From an uncultured Pseudomonadales bacterium (GTDB taxonomy: Bacteria > Patescibacteriota > Microgenomatia > UBA1400 > PJMF01), in NCBI GenBank assembly GCA_964620965.1, contig CAZUHV010000003.1, positions 226,093 through 290,092 on the forward strand: a stretch of DNA of 64,000 bases, written 5' to 3'. The notes under the pieces are model-generated. The model searched no databases, was not told the origin of the DNA, and worked only from the letters and a program-made list of their open reading frames with translations. Numbering within the stretch: position 1 is the first letter of the stretch; each line of letters starts with the position of its first letter. Shown here piece by piece: positions 37,679 to 50,484 of this stretch. The translations under genes and the position numbers were made by a program.

Positions 37679-38533
37679 ATGGCAAAAAAAGAGTCAAAAG
37701 AGCATATAAAAAAGATCACACTTTTAGGAATTCCTGTTGGGAAACTAATGGCTTGGCGATCGAAGTTTCCAAATGATGAAGTAAGTGCACAAGGAATTGC
37801 AGAGGCAGCAAAAATTATTGGCGATGATCCAGAAGGAATGGCAGTTTTATTTGCACACTTGGGTTTGCTTGACGCATTTGGTACTGTGGCGGTTATGGAA
37901 CGGTTGCTTCCCGAATTTAAAGCGCTTTTTCCTGCAGCAGGATCTTTTTATCATTTTCCCATTTTGAACTCAATTTTTGAAAAACTAAACAAACAGTTAC
38001 CATATGAGTTTGCACCTGTGTTTAGAAAAGAAGATTTAGGAAAAATGAAGCTCCATGTAAAAGTAATAGATTTTTCTGGTTTGAGCGGTGAAGAAAAAAA
38101 ACAAGCAAATCAGAGATATTCAGTTGCTGCATCAGAAACGTTGCGTCAGCAAGGGGGGATTGTAATGTTAAATCCTTATGCTGGGAGAGCTCCAAAACTA
38201 GAATATTTTAGAGGAGGTCCACTAAAGTTGATTCAAACTGGAAGACCAGTATTATTAAGTTTTACAATTTGGAACTGGAAAAAGTTAAAGTATGACGTGT
38301 ATTTTTCTAGGGTTATGAAGTTTGACGAAAACATAACAGCACAAGAAGCACACGAGCAAATATTTGCAGAATACATGAGGATGGCTGATTTAAGTGGAGT
38401 TTCAGAAAAACAAGTTTTGGAAGCAAAGAGTGGCACGCCAACGGGAAAAATTATTTGGGGAGCTATTTCTTTAGTGCTCACAGCGTATTTATTGCGGGTT
38501 GCTAGTAAAAGAAAAAATCAGCAAAAAAATTAG
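37679..38533 (+). CDS. PlsC-like acyltransferase (divergent)
   Basis: HLGLLD (HX4D), PVFR, NPYAGR, FRGG, RPV blocks; C-terminal TM. Confidence 0.55.
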   Translation: MAKKESKEHIKKITLLGIPVGKLMAWRSKFPNDEVSAQGIAEAAKIIGDDPEGMAVLFAHLGLLDAFGTVAVMERLLPEFKALFPAAGSFYHFPILNSIFEKLNKQLPYEFAPVFRKEDLGKMKLHVKVIDFSGLSGEEKKQANQRYSVAASETLRQQGGIVMLNPYAGRAPKLEYFRGGPLKLIQTGRPVLLSFTIWNWKKLKYDVYFSRVMKFDENITAQEAHEQIFAEYMRMADLSGVSEKQVLEAKSGTPTGKIIWGAISLVLTAYLLRVASKRKNQQKN

Positions 38534-38584
38534 ATCTCTAAATATAACGGTGTTATACTGAATATCAACAGAAAGACCTGCTTT

Positions 38585-39871
38585 ATGAAAATTGTTAAAA
38601 TTTTTGCTGATGAAATCCTTGATTCTCGTGGAAATCCAACTGTAGAAGCAAAAGTTAAATTAGAAAATGGTATGTATGGTGTGGCTTCAGTCCCAAGTGG
38701 AGCCTCAACTGGTTCCCATGAAGCATTAGAATTAAGAGACGAAGAAAGCAAAAGATATTTGGGCAAAGATGTGCAACAGGCAATCGAAAACGTGAATACG
38801 TGGATTGCAGCGGAACTTACTGGAATGGAAGTGACAGACCAAAGAGCAATCGACGAAAAGATGATTGCGCTAGATGGTACTGAAACAAAAAGTAAGTTAG
38901 GTGCTAACGCAATTCTTGCAGTTTCGATGGCTGTTACAAAAGCTGCAGCAGAATCTTTAGAAATGCCTTTATATCAATATGTTGCACGGCTTTTTGGAAA
39001 TTCAGAAACAGAGTACACGATTCCTATTCCAATGATGAATGTTTTAAACGGTGGTAAGCATGCGATTGGCTCAACAGACATGCAAGAGTATATGCTAATG
39101 CCAATTGGAGCGCCAACAGTGGAAGAAGCAGTCCGTTGGGGATCTGAAGTTTTTCATATCATGGGTTCAATGCTTAAAGAAAAAGGGTTTCAAACAACAG
39201 TAGGAGATGAGGGTGGGTACGCGCCTTCCTTAAAGCATAATGAAGAGCCATTTCGTTTGATGATTGCGGCAATTAAAGAAGCTGGGTATAAGCCAGGTGA
39301 AGAAATTGCGATTGCACAGGATCCTGCAGCAAGTGAGTTTTATGAAGACGGAAAGTATCAGTTGAAGACAGAGAGTAGAGCACTCACAAGTTCTGAAATG
39401 GTTGCTTTATATGCAGACTGGATAGAAAAATACCCAATTGTTTCTATTGAAGATGGTTTGGCAGAAGACGATTGGGATGGATTTGTAGCATTAAATAAAG
39501 CGATTGGAGATAAAGTTCAGTTAGTTGGAGATGATTTATATGTGACTAATGTTGAGCGTCTCAAAAAAGGAATTGATCTTGAGGCAAGTAACTCGATTCT
39601 TATTAAGTTAAATCAAATTGGGACTGTAACAGAAACTATCGATGCAATTCGACTAGCAAAACAAAACAGAATGACGGCAATTGTTTCACACCGATCTGGA
39701 GAAACTGAAGATACATTTATTGCCGATTTTGTTGTTGGAGCAGGGACTGGTCAAATAAAAACAGGGTCGCTGAGTAGAAGTGAACGTGTTGCAAAGTATA
39801 ATCGGTTGATGAGAATAGAACGCGAGCTTGGCGAGCGTGCTCATATGGCGGTGTTTCCGTTTAAGAGGTAA
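38585..39871 (+). CDS. eno: Enolase
   Basis: [39 protein letters not shown]. Confidence 0.99.
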   Translation: MKIVKIFADEILDSRGNPTVEAKVKLENGMYGVASVPSGASTGSHEALELRDEESKRYLGKDVQQAIENVNTWIAAELTGMEVTDQRAIDEKMIALDGTETKSKLGANAILAVSMAVTKAAAESLEMPLYQYVARLFGNSETEYTIPIPMMNVLNGGKHAIGSTDMQEYMLMPIGAPTVEEAVRWGSEVFHIMGSMLKEKGFQTTVGDEGGYAPSLKHNEEPFRLMIAAIKEAGYKPGEEIAIAQDPAASEFYEDGKYQLKTESRALTSSEMVALYADWIEKYPIVSIEDGLAEDDWDGFVALNKAIGDKVQLVGDDLYVTNVERLKKGIDLEASNSILIKLNQIGTVTETIDAIRLAKQNRMTAIVSHRSGETEDTFIADFVVGAGTGQIKTGSLSRSERVAKYNRLMRIERELGERAHMAVFPFKR

Positions 39872-39885
39872 AAGGACAGAACCTA

Positions 39886-42406
<2,521 letters not shown>

Positions 42407-42430
42407 ATTCTGTTTCCTCTATACTCATAT

Positions 42431-43372
42431 ATGCGAAATAAGGGTATGAAAAGACAGAGTCATAAAAAAATAAAACGAGAAGGTTCAATAAAACAACCTT
42501 CTGTTTTTGTACAATTTTTAAAGCGATTTTTCTACCTATTTTTATGTATAGTTTCATTGCCACTTGTGTGTTATTTTTTCGTTTTTCCTTCGATTATTGA
42601 GAGCGATATTTCAAACAAAAATATTGTAATCGTTTCAGATAAATTAGATGTACAAAGCAAATATATTTATTTTGCACATATTTCAGAAAATCAAGGAGAT
42701 AATGGTATTTTTTCTATTCCATCTCAGCAAGAAGTTATAGTTCCAAAAGGGTATGGAAGTTATGCATTACAGTCGGTATTTCAACTTTTAAAAATCGACA
42801 AAAAAGACGATCAATTCATTCGTGCAGCTTTTTCAGAATTGCTTGGAACATCTGTTGATGAAGTGATATCTATTACAGAGCAATTTACGGAAATGAATGA
42901 GTCAAAACTTTCTCAGTTATTTTTGCAAAATGCAGTACATAACCTTGTAGCTTTTAAATGGCATAAAGTGTATGAACCACTGTATTTGCATTACAAACTA
43001 AAGAACATAGACGTTGAAATGCTTGAATCTCCAGAATCATTAAAGAAATATTCAGAACAGATATTTACAATCAAGGGAGATGTCTATCAATACTGCTCGG
43101 TTGCTGTTGTCAATGCATCAGAGACGAATGGGCTTGCAAGAAAAAAAGCAGATGAAATTGAGAATACAGGGGCATTAGTTGTACGAGTCGATGATGCTCA
43201 AGAAAAACAAGAAAAGACGACAATTTATTACGGGCAAGAGCCTGTTAATTGCAGAGTACTTGCAGAAAAGATTTCTAATATTTTTTATGAAAAACCAGAA
43301 ATTTTTGACATCTCGAAACTAGAAAATACACAGCAATATCGAGCAAAAGTAGTAGTTATTGTTGGAGAGTAG
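42431..43372 (+). CDS. Membrane protein with LCP-like and LytR C-terminal domains
   Basis: N-terminal TM; VAVVNAS..NGLA, TTIYY, VVVIVGE. Confidence 0.7.
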   Translation: MRNKGMKRQSHKKIKREGSIKQPSVFVQFLKRFFYLFLCIVSLPLVCYFFVFPSIIESDISNKNIVIVSDKLDVQSKYIYFAHISENQGDNGIFSIPSQQEVIVPKGYGSYALQSVFQLLKIDKKDDQFIRAAFSELLGTSVDEVISITEQFTEMNESKLSQLFLQNAVHNLVAFKWHKVYEPLYLHYKLKNIDVEMLESPESLKKYSEQIFTIKGDVYQYCSVAVVNASETNGLARKKADEIENTGALVVRVDDAQEKQEKTTIYYGQEPVNCRVLAEKISNIFYEKPEIFDISKLENTQQYRAKVVVIVGE

Positions 43373-43378
43373 AATTTT

Positions 43379-44119
43379 TTAGTCTAGTTCCATTTCGTCT
43401 GAATCGACGTGGTCTAGGGTTCGTTCTGTGTCGTTATCTGTTTCAACGATTTCAACAGGAATATTTTCTTCCAACACGACTGCTTCATCGAGTTCACTCA
43501 AAGGATTAAGTGCCATTTTATTTGGTGGGAATGAATGAGTTCCTGTATTTTCTTGAGATTTGAAAATTTCTTTAAGAAAAACTTCACAGTTTTTTTGGTT
43601 ACAAGAACGAATCAAACATTTATATCTGTTTCCAGATTTTATAAATTTTGTCAGTCTAAACGAAAGATCCTCTGGAAGAGCACCTACATAATTGCCATCA
43701 ACTTCTACAGAAAGAAAACGATTTTTCATTTTGAGTTCGCACTCTTTTCCAACAGTGATAGTATCCAGAACATTTTTACCTGCAAGTCTAAATAATGAAA
43801 CAGTTTTTGTTTTTCCTGGTTCTTCTATAAAATAGCCTTTGGCGAATGAAGGGGCATGACAAGCCTGGTTTTTTTGAAGTTTTTCGTAGTGTTTATTTGC
43901 AATTTTGTTATTTTTATCAAGCTCCAGAACTTGTTCAAAGGTTTTTTTTGCTTGTTTTACTTCGTTTAGTTGCACATATGCAATACCAAGTCTATTAAGC
44001 GCGTTTGTATTATCTGGATCTAGTTCTAAAAGTTGAGAATTGTGTTCGACAGCCTGTTCCCAGTTGCCGTCTTTTGCATCTTTGATTGCTAAAATTTTTA
44101 AATCAGCTTGTACACTCAT
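43379..44119 (-). CDS. TPR-repeat protein
   Basis: W..A...N..LL..DP.N..ALNRLG.AY; FIEEPGKTK; acidic tail. Confidence 0.85.
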   Translation of the reverse strand: MSVQADLKILAIKDAKDGNWEQAVEHNSQLLELDPDNTNALNRLGIAYVQLNEVKQAKKTFEQVLELDKNNKIANKHYEKLQKNQACHAPSFAKGYFIEEPGKTKTVSLFRLAGKNVLDTITVGKECELKMKNRFLSVEVDGNYVGALPEDLSFRLTKFIKSGNRYKCLIRSCNQKNCEVFLKEIFKSQENTGTHSFPPNKMALNPLSELDEAVVLEENIPVEIVETDNDTERTLDHVDSDEMELD

Positions 44120-44252
44120 GTGGTTGATACTCCTGACTATAATTATATATTCGTCGTCGAGAAAGAATACCTTTGAATAAGAGTTATGTCAACATTCAAA
44201 ACAGGGCTTTATGGTGTAGAATAGTACCTGCAGTCTGAAAGGATTTTACACT

Positions 44253-44822
44253 ATGGCAGGTCATAGCAAATGGAATAATATTAAGAATAGAAAAGGCGCA
44301 CAAGATACGAAACGTGCACAAGTTTTTGGTCAAATTTCAAAGTTGATTAGAATTGCAGTAAAAGAAGGTGCATCTGGAGACCCAAAGTTTAATCCAGGTC
44401 TTCGTGTTGTTTTAGATAAAGCTCGGGCAGCAAACATGCCTACAACAAACATTGATAAAGCTATTCAAAGAGGTTTAGGAAAATCAGCAACTGGAGCCTC
44501 AATTCAAGAAATTGTATATGAGGGTTTTGGACCAGGAGGTGTTGCAGTGTTGGCTGTTGCACATACAGATAACCCAAACAGAACTTCTGGAGAAATTAAG
44601 TTTGCATTTAGTAGAAACAACGGTTCTCTTGGGGGTCCTGGAAGTGCAATGTATATGTTTAAGCGTGATTCGCAAGGTGGTTATGTATGCACAATGCCTT
44701 TAGAAATTGACGAAGATACTGCTGGGTTGTTACTAGACCTAGTAGATGCAGTACGTGAGCTTGATGATGTTGAAGATGTGTATGTTGCTACCGATCTTGA
44801 AGAAGATGAGGGTGAAGAATAA
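44253..44822 (+). CDS. yebC: YebC/PmpR-family protein (short)
   Basis: MAGHSKWNNIK.RKG, NP.LR, YEGFGPGG, TDN.NRT, DDVEDVY. Confidence 0.95.
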   Translation: MAGHSKWNNIKNRKGAQDTKRAQVFGQISKLIRIAVKEGASGDPKFNPGLRVVLDKARAANMPTTNIDKAIQRGLGKSATGASIQEIVYEGFGPGGVAVLAVAHTDNPNRTSGEIKFAFSRNNGSLGGPGSAMYMFKRDSQGGYVCTMPLEIDEDTAGLLLDLVDAVRELDDVEDVYVATDLEEDEGEE

Positions 44823-44841
44823 TTAAATCAAACTAAAAAAT

Positions 44842-45609
44842 ATGAGGCGTAGAGAAAAATTTGTTGTTGCATCAATTATTTCAACACTTGGTTTACTTGG
44901 TGTGCAGTATGTTACTCTAGATATTAGATATATCGCAATCGCGATTTTTGTTGTGTTTACTTATCTTATTTCTACTTGGGCGCTTGCTGATGACTTGCAG
45001 CTACACGAGAGGGTGACTATAATTCCATTTCCGTCTTTATTTGCCGCAGCTGTATCTTTGTTTTATTTCTTATTACCTGAAAGCTTTTTTTCACAATTAG
45101 TGATAGTTTTGTTATTTGGTGTTGGCATGTATGCGATTTATTTAACGGCAAACATTTTTTCTGTAGCAAAAGGTAGAACAATTCAGCTAGTACATGCGGC
45201 TAACGCCATAGCAGGTATTTTTGGTGTTTTTATTTCTTTGCTACTGTCTAATACAATTTTTTCCTTAAAATTACCGTTTTATTTTAATATGTTGCTTGTT
45301 GGTTTGGTTCATTTTCCTCTGGTATTTATGTTGCTTTGGTCGGTGAATTTAGAAAACAGAGTTGAACGTGACATCATAGGTTTTTCGCTTGTTTTAACCT
45401 TAGTCTTGATGGAGCTTGCACTTATTTTGTCATTTTTTCCTTTGGGAGTCTGGTTTTATGCCTTGTTTATTATGTCATTTTTCTATATCGGGATTGGTTT
45501 AATGCAGAGCTTTATCAGAGGCAGACTCTTTGTTCGTACTCTGGTGGAGTACTCTTTAGTAGCCATTTTTATTGGCTTGATGTTTTTGGGCGCAGTTCCA
45601 TTTAAGTAG
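44842..45609 (+). CDS. Multi-pass membrane hypothetical protein
   Basis: About 8-9 TM helices. Confidence 0.75.
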   Translation: MRRREKFVVASIISTLGLLGVQYVTLDIRYIAIAIFVVFTYLISTWALADDLQLHERVTIIPFPSLFAAAVSLFYFLLPESFFSQLVIVLLFGVGMYAIYLTANIFSVAKGRTIQLVHAANAIAGIFGVFISLLLSNTIFSLKLPFYFNMLLVGLVHFPLVFMLLWSVNLENRVERDIIGFSLVLTLVLMELALILSFFPLGVWFYALFIMSFFYIGIGLMQSFIRGRLFVRTLVEYSLVAIFIGLMFLGAVPFK

Positions 45610-45934
45610 GGTTTTCTTTATTTTCTAATATAGCTTCTTCTGTAGGCTAAAACTTATTGTTTTTGAAAGTTTTTATCAGGAGAAGAGAATAGTAAGCCTG
45701 GTAGGGCCTAATAACATCCTATAATATGTGAGGAGTAGACAGGGGTAGTTTAGCCTGTTTGCTCCTGGAAAAGCATAGTGGAATTAAAAGTTGTAAATCT
45801 TGAGGATCTTCAGTATGGTCTTGAAATATTTTATATTTAAATAAAATTTACACGATAAAACAAGAATTTTTAAAGAAAAACTAGAGAAGAGGGGTCAAAA
45901 ATTTTTTATATGTACCAGGCGGAGAAGGGAGAAG

Positions 45935-45973
45935 TGATATAGTTTGATACAGTATAAATGATATAGTTTGATA
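45935..45973 (+). repeat. 15-bp direct repeat TGATATAGTTTGATA x2
   Basis: Copies at 45935-45949 and 45959-45973. Confidence 0.85.
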
Positions 45974-45995
45974 TAGAGTAGAGGCCTATAATAAA

Positions 45996-46004
45996 TGTGG
46001 ATAA
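45996..46004 (-). promoter_or_regulatory. Single consensus DnaA box
   Basis: TGTGGATAA is the reverse complement of TTATCCACA; function unproven. Confidence 0.4.
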
Positions 46005-46417
46005 CTTTAAACTTATAGGACTTATTTATTAAACATTTAGCCTGGTATAAAGGGCGAGAAATGTATTTTTTGTTTTAAGCTTTCAGGAATATGCAAGAAT
46101 AATTTTGAGCCTCAAGCCTGGTGGTGGAGAGTGTTCTGTTTCAGACATATATGCCTGGAATTTTTTATTTCTAGGTGTGTCGTGAAAAGAGTGTGAAAAA
46201 GAATAAAACCCGAATGTGTTTTTCGGCATATTGAGTAAAAAAAGTCATTTTTGCGAGAGACCCAAGAGAGGTAATTTTGCCAGAGTACACAGAGAGCTAA
46301 AAGGGACGAGCACTACTGTTCTTAGTACAGTGATGTACCATGTATTTCAAAAATGCAATGAGCCACAACCGTCTCATTCTCTCTTTGTGAGTGGGGTATG
46401 ATTTTTCGATTTGCATT

Positions 46418-46445
46418 ATGTCGCACAATATTACTTTTACGACGT
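46418..46445. other. dif-like Xer recombination site
   Basis: ATGTCGCACAA-TATTAC-TTTTACGACGT, 11-6-11 imperfect inverted repeat (8/11), 2.3 kb from xer. Confidence 0.5.
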
Positions 46446-46939
46446 AAACTAAAATTTTAAGATTGGAGTAGTTTTAGCAGTTCTTTTATTATTTCTCTAT
46501 ATATCCGGGCAATTTTTAGTATTTATTTATTTTTATTCTTTTTTTATCTTTTTAATTCTCTGTTTGCTTGTCTCTCATATAATTTATTTTTTTGCGATTT
46601 TCACTATTATCGTTTTCTTAAATTTTGGAAACTTTATGATTTTTTCTTGTGAGTTTGTCAATCTATTTATTAACTATGTTTTGATTGCATTTGAGGCTAT
46701 TTGAGCCTCTTAAAACCGGTTTTTTAATGAATACTAAGCCGTTTGTACAATAAAAAGCCGTTTTTGAGCCTCTGACATGTTTTAGCCTGGTAGACTTGTT
46801 AATTTTGGTGATTTTGGCGTTAAAATGAGTATTTTTAAACGGTTTTAGTAAAATTTCTTTCAATGTGTAGTAAAAAATGCTTTCTAACTATTTTTTTGTG
46901 GTACAATCCTTTAAAACTTTTAAAAAAGGAGTTTTTGAT

Positions 46940-47389
46940 ATGCAACTGACACATAGTTTAGAAACTGGCGAAAAAAGAAATTTTAACGAGGTGCGAACTT
47001 GTGAACGAAGAAATCTTTTGGCAAGAAGGCTTGATAAGCAATCAGGAAGATTCAAGCGTATGTGGGCTTTGCATAAGGAGCATTTAAGGCTTAGAAATAT
47101 AAATGAAGCTCAGGAACAAAAGGAATTAGTTTTCGATTCTTTATATGAATTTTTAATTCAGGTTTATGACGCTGGTTTATTGATTTATCCAGAAGTAAAT
47201 ATGGAGTTTGCGGACAACTTTACTGAAGATCTCTTCGCCTGGTTTGCACTCACTTTAGGTTTAATTGAGCAGGATGAAATTGCAGAGATGGCTGGGTATA
47301 TTACTCGAAAAATTGAGGAAACTATTCCAGGCAATCTTGTTGTTGCGGATTTAGGGTTATCTTCTACAACCATTGTAAATTTGAATTAA
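46940..47389 (+). CDS. Hypothetical protein
   Basis: SD AAAGGAG before ATG 46940; 149 aa. Confidence 0.65.
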   Translation: MQLTHSLETGEKRNFNEVRTCERRNLLARRLDKQSGRFKRMWALHKEHLRLRNINEAQEQKELVFDSLYEFLIQVYDAGLLIYPEVNMEFADNFTEDLFAWFALTLGLIEQDEIAEMAGYITRKIEETIPGNLVVADLGLSSTTIVNLN

Positions 47390-47601
47390 CTTTTAACTAG
47401 ACTTTTTTGTGTCGCAAAATAATTTTACATTTTCCTCCAAAAAGCTTTAAAGGTTGTTTTTTTCTGTAATTAATTGGAGCCTTGATTTTAGGACTCTTAC
47501 TTAAGGACTCCCCTCTTATACTGCTGGGGGAGAGATCAAGTAAAATTTAGAATTCATTATATTTATGAAAAATCTATCTGAAAGAGTAAGGTCTTCTATA
47601 G

Positions 47602-47934
47602 TTATAGCTCCTGAAGTTTCGAAAGATATTTTTCAACAAGTTCCTCAAAGATCGCTTTGAAAGTTTTTTGGAAGGAACTCCCCTCCTTTGATAAAAGTGA
47701 GTTTATTTTAGTATTGAATGTTTCAAGATCTGTTTCTGACTCGATATTCTGAATTTCTGCAGGAATATCCTCAGATTTGAATTGTTCTTCCATGTTTTCC
47801 GGCTTGGTAATTTCTAAAGCTTGCATTAAGGCGGATGAAATGAGCATAGATAATCCTAGTTGGATGTCTTTTTGGTCAATACCTTTTTCTGTTGCTATTT
47901 CTTGTATACTAGTGAGGTTTTGTTGAATGTTCAT
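47602..47934 (-). CDS. Hypothetical acidic helical protein
   Basis: 110-aa ORF 7 nt downstream of the 47942 gene. Confidence 0.65.
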   Translation of the reverse strand: MNIQQNLTSIQEIATEKGIDQKDIQLGLSMLISSALMQALEITKPENMEEQFKSEDIPAEIQNIESETDLETFNTKINSLLSKEGSSFQKTFKAIFEELVEKYLSKLQEL

Positions 47935-47941
47935 AGGTTTT

Positions 47942-48394
47942 TTAATTAATATTTGTTACCTGATTTATTAGATGTGGAATAAAGCTGGCTCCCATTGAAT
48001 GACCCATCATAACGATTTGATAGGTTGCATACCATAATGCTGCTCTAGCTACGTACCTTGTTTTATCATGGTTCTTAAAGAATATTCCAGGAAGTACCCA
48101 TCCTGCTGCCGCGCCAAAAATTCCAATGAGTCCTGGTAGTCCCCAAATTTCTATATTGTGCAGTAGCTCTCTTAATTTTTCACCAAGAGTTCCAATGTCT
48201 ACTCCAGGAATTGGTTCACCAAGCTTATTAATTTGGTTAAACATTCCTGCTAAAAACATTGCACTGAGTTGCTTTGAATGATGTTCTGGTAAGACATCTA
48301 GAGCTGCTTGAACAGCCGCAGGAATGTTTGCTTCAACCTCTAAGTTATCAGTTGTTTCATTTAAATTTGTTAGGTCTGTAAATTCTCTATTCAT
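47942..48394 (-). CDS. Hypothetical membrane protein
   Basis: Two Gly-rich hydrophobic segments; TGTGATACACT ends 6 nt before the ATG. Confidence 0.65.
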   Translation of the reverse strand: MNREFTDLTNLNETTDNLEVEANIPAAVQAALDVLPEHHSKQLSAMFLAGMFNQINKLGEPIPGVDIGTLGEKLRELLHNIEIWGLPGLIGIFGAAAGWVLPGIFFKNHDKTRYVARAALWYATYQIVMMGHSMGASFIPHLINQVTNIN

Positions 48395-48690
48395 GTTTTC
48401 AGTGTATCACATTTTTACAAATTTTATTTTATGTCGCAAAAAAATAATGTATTTGCTATACTGCTTCTTAGTAATTGATTTTTTGTTCCTTAAAAATACT
48501 TTGAAGTAGAAGCAGAGTTTGAAACTATAGTTGCATAGCGCTCTACTCTATTCTTATAAAAAATAAAGTTGCTTAAAGATTTTGTAAAGTCCTTTTTTTA
48601 AAATAAATATATACTAAGTATATCAAAGTATATCTAAATATATATAATAAAAAGCATTGATTTAGCAACATTTATTGTTTTAAACACAAA

Positions 48691-48717
48691 TTAGCAGTAT
48701 TTACTATTGTCTGCTAA
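48691..48717. promoter_or_regulatory. CIRCE-like inverted repeat upstream of xer
   Basis: TTAGCAGTA-N9-GTCTGCTAA versus consensus TTAGCACTC-N9-GAGTGCTAA. Confidence 0.4.
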
Positions 48718-48775
48718 AAACTCATAGTATTTTGTCATATAAAAAATCATATAGTCGAGGTGAAATATATACTTT

Positions 48776-49711
48776 ATGGCACTTTCAACAAATCCTCACA
48801 AGGCTTTATTGACTTTTGTAGAACATTTAGAAGTTGAGCGTAATGTAAGCCGTTTAACAATTCGAAATTACTCTCATTATTTGAGACGTTTTAACGATTG
48901 GTTTTTAAATGAAGGTCACAAAGATTTAAAAGAATTGGACCAAGATATTGTAAGAAGTTATCGTGTATATTTGTCACGATTTGTTGATGATGTTGGAAGA
49001 ACTTTGTCAAAAAAAACTCAAAGTTATTACATCATTGCGCTTCGTTCTTTGCTCAAATTTATGGTAAAAAATGATGCTCCAGTTTTGCATCCAGAAAAAA
49101 TTGATTTGCCAAAAGCAGAATCTCAACACATGAAATTTTTGAATTTGGAACGTATTGAAAGACTCCTCAATCAGCCGCTACTTTCACAAAAAGGTGGGCT
49201 TCGTGATAAAGCAATTTTGGAAGTTTTATTTTCGACAGGCTTGCGTGTCAGTGAATTAGTTGGATTGAATCGTGATCAAATCGATATTGAAAAACGCGAG
49301 TTTGGAGTGATTGGTAAAGGTCGTAGACCACGTGTAGTTTTTCTGAGTGAACGTGCTGCATATTGGTTAGATAAGTATATGAACTCTCGTTCTGATAATT
49401 GGGACCCTGTGTTTATTAGATATTCTGGAACCAAGCCGGAGCTTTTGGCCGATGGTGAAGAGATGCGTTTAACTACTAGAAGTGTGCAACGCTTGGTAGA
49501 CAAGTATTGTAGAAAAGCAAAATTGCCAATCAAGATTAGCCCTCATGGTATTAGACATAGTTTTGCCACTGATTTATTGAGTAATGGAGCTTCGCTAAGA
49601 GATGTTCAAGAGATGTTGGGACACAAAAATATTGCTACAACGCAGATTTACACCCATGTCACCAGGCCAGAATTAAGAAAATCTCACGAAAAACACCATT
49701 CTGGGTTATAG
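48776..49711 (+). CDS. Site-specific tyrosine recombinase XerC/D-like
   Basis: SAM-like N-domain; RDKAILE..STGLRVSEL, GKG, SPHGIRHSFAT, LGH..TTQIYTHV. Confidence 0.95.
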   Translation: MALSTNPHKALLTFVEHLEVERNVSRLTIRNYSHYLRRFNDWFLNEGHKDLKELDQDIVRSYRVYLSRFVDDVGRTLSKKTQSYYIIALRSLLKFMVKNDAPVLHPEKIDLPKAESQHMKFLNLERIERLLNQPLLSQKGGLRDKAILEVLFSTGLRVSELVGLNRDQIDIEKREFGVIGKGRRPRVVFLSERAAYWLDKYMNSRSDNWDPVFIRYSGTKPELLADGEEMRLTTRSVQRLVDKYCRKAKLPIKISPHGIRHSFATDLLSNGASLRDVQEMLGHKNIATTQIYTHVTRPELRKSHEKHHSGL

Positions 49712-50034
49712 ATTTGTTAAGATTTGAGACAGTTTATTTGTTTTGTTGATTTTTTATGAGTGTGTTTTTTGGAAGATTCGCTTTTTTTAATTAATTCCAG
49801 AAAATAGTTCTTCTTCTTTTAGATCTTTATCTATATCAAAAAGTAAATTAAGATATAAAAATATATAGGATTTTAACCTAAATTAGCACTTTTAGCCTGG
49901 ATTTCTCCCCTTCTCTGCTGTGCTTTGGGTTAAATTGTTAGTGATATACTTTAAATTATTATTTGCTATTTTGATATATAGTTATGGGATTTTAAGATGA
50001 GAGCTTTGCAAGAATAAAATGGTTAAAAGGGTTT

Positions 50035-50061
50035 TTCCCCCGCACATTTAGTGCGGGGGAA
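50035..50061 (-). terminator. Strong hairpin downstream of the 39-aa gene
   Basis: TTCCCCCGCAC-ATTTA-GTGCGGGGGAA, 11-bp perfect stem; U-tract weak. Confidence 0.65.
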
Positions 50062-50076
50062 GTTTTCTAAAAAAGA

Positions 50077-50196
50077 TTAGTTACCAGCTTGTGCGAGGAC
50101 TTGTGCTACAGCTATACCAAGAGGTATAACCACAACAACAACTACGACCAGGCAAACAAACATGGCAACTGCAGCTTTGGCTATAAAAGTACCCAT
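50077..50196 (-). CDS. Small single-TM protein, 39 aa (not in ORF track)
   Basis: MGTFIAKAAVAMFVCLVVVVVVVIPLGIAVAQVLAQAGN; SD AAAAGGTGA; hairpin after the stop. Confidence 0.7.
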   Translation of the reverse strand: MGTFIAKAAVAMFVCLVVVVVVVIPLGIAVAQVLAQAGN

Positions 50197-50484
50197 TGCA
50201 ATCACCTTTTTTTTGAATTTCTCCAAGAATTACGCTTTCGCCACTCGGAGTGAAGTTATCTCTATTTGATATTCGGATCGCGTAGACCCGACATCCTCAT
50301 AGAGATGCTCAAAAAACCAGACTTTAGTTTCTTAAGGATCTCTATGCAAGAAGCTCTGTTAATGTGCAATTAAAACTACTTTATCAGTAATTATGAGACA
50401 TATCAATAGTTTTTTGCTTAAATGTGGGTCTCTCCTCGTTGTGTTTTTGAGGCAACTTGGGTAACATATGCAGTATACAGAAAT

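Larger units (their letters stand above)
45695..46790 (+). repeat. Dispersed GCCTGG motif cluster
   Basis: AGCCTGG at 45695, 46039, 46115, 46784 (also 49894), TGCCTGG 46152, reverse CCAGGC 45915, in an AT-rich noncoding stretch. Confidence 0.6.

Noticed and set aside
45900-46060. oriC call
   Set aside because: One DnaA box, no dnaA/dnaN nearby and no visible skew switch; kept only as an open question.
46216-46863. ORFs 46216-46401 and 46663-46863
   Set aside because: Short, no SD, inside a repeat-rich noncoding tract.
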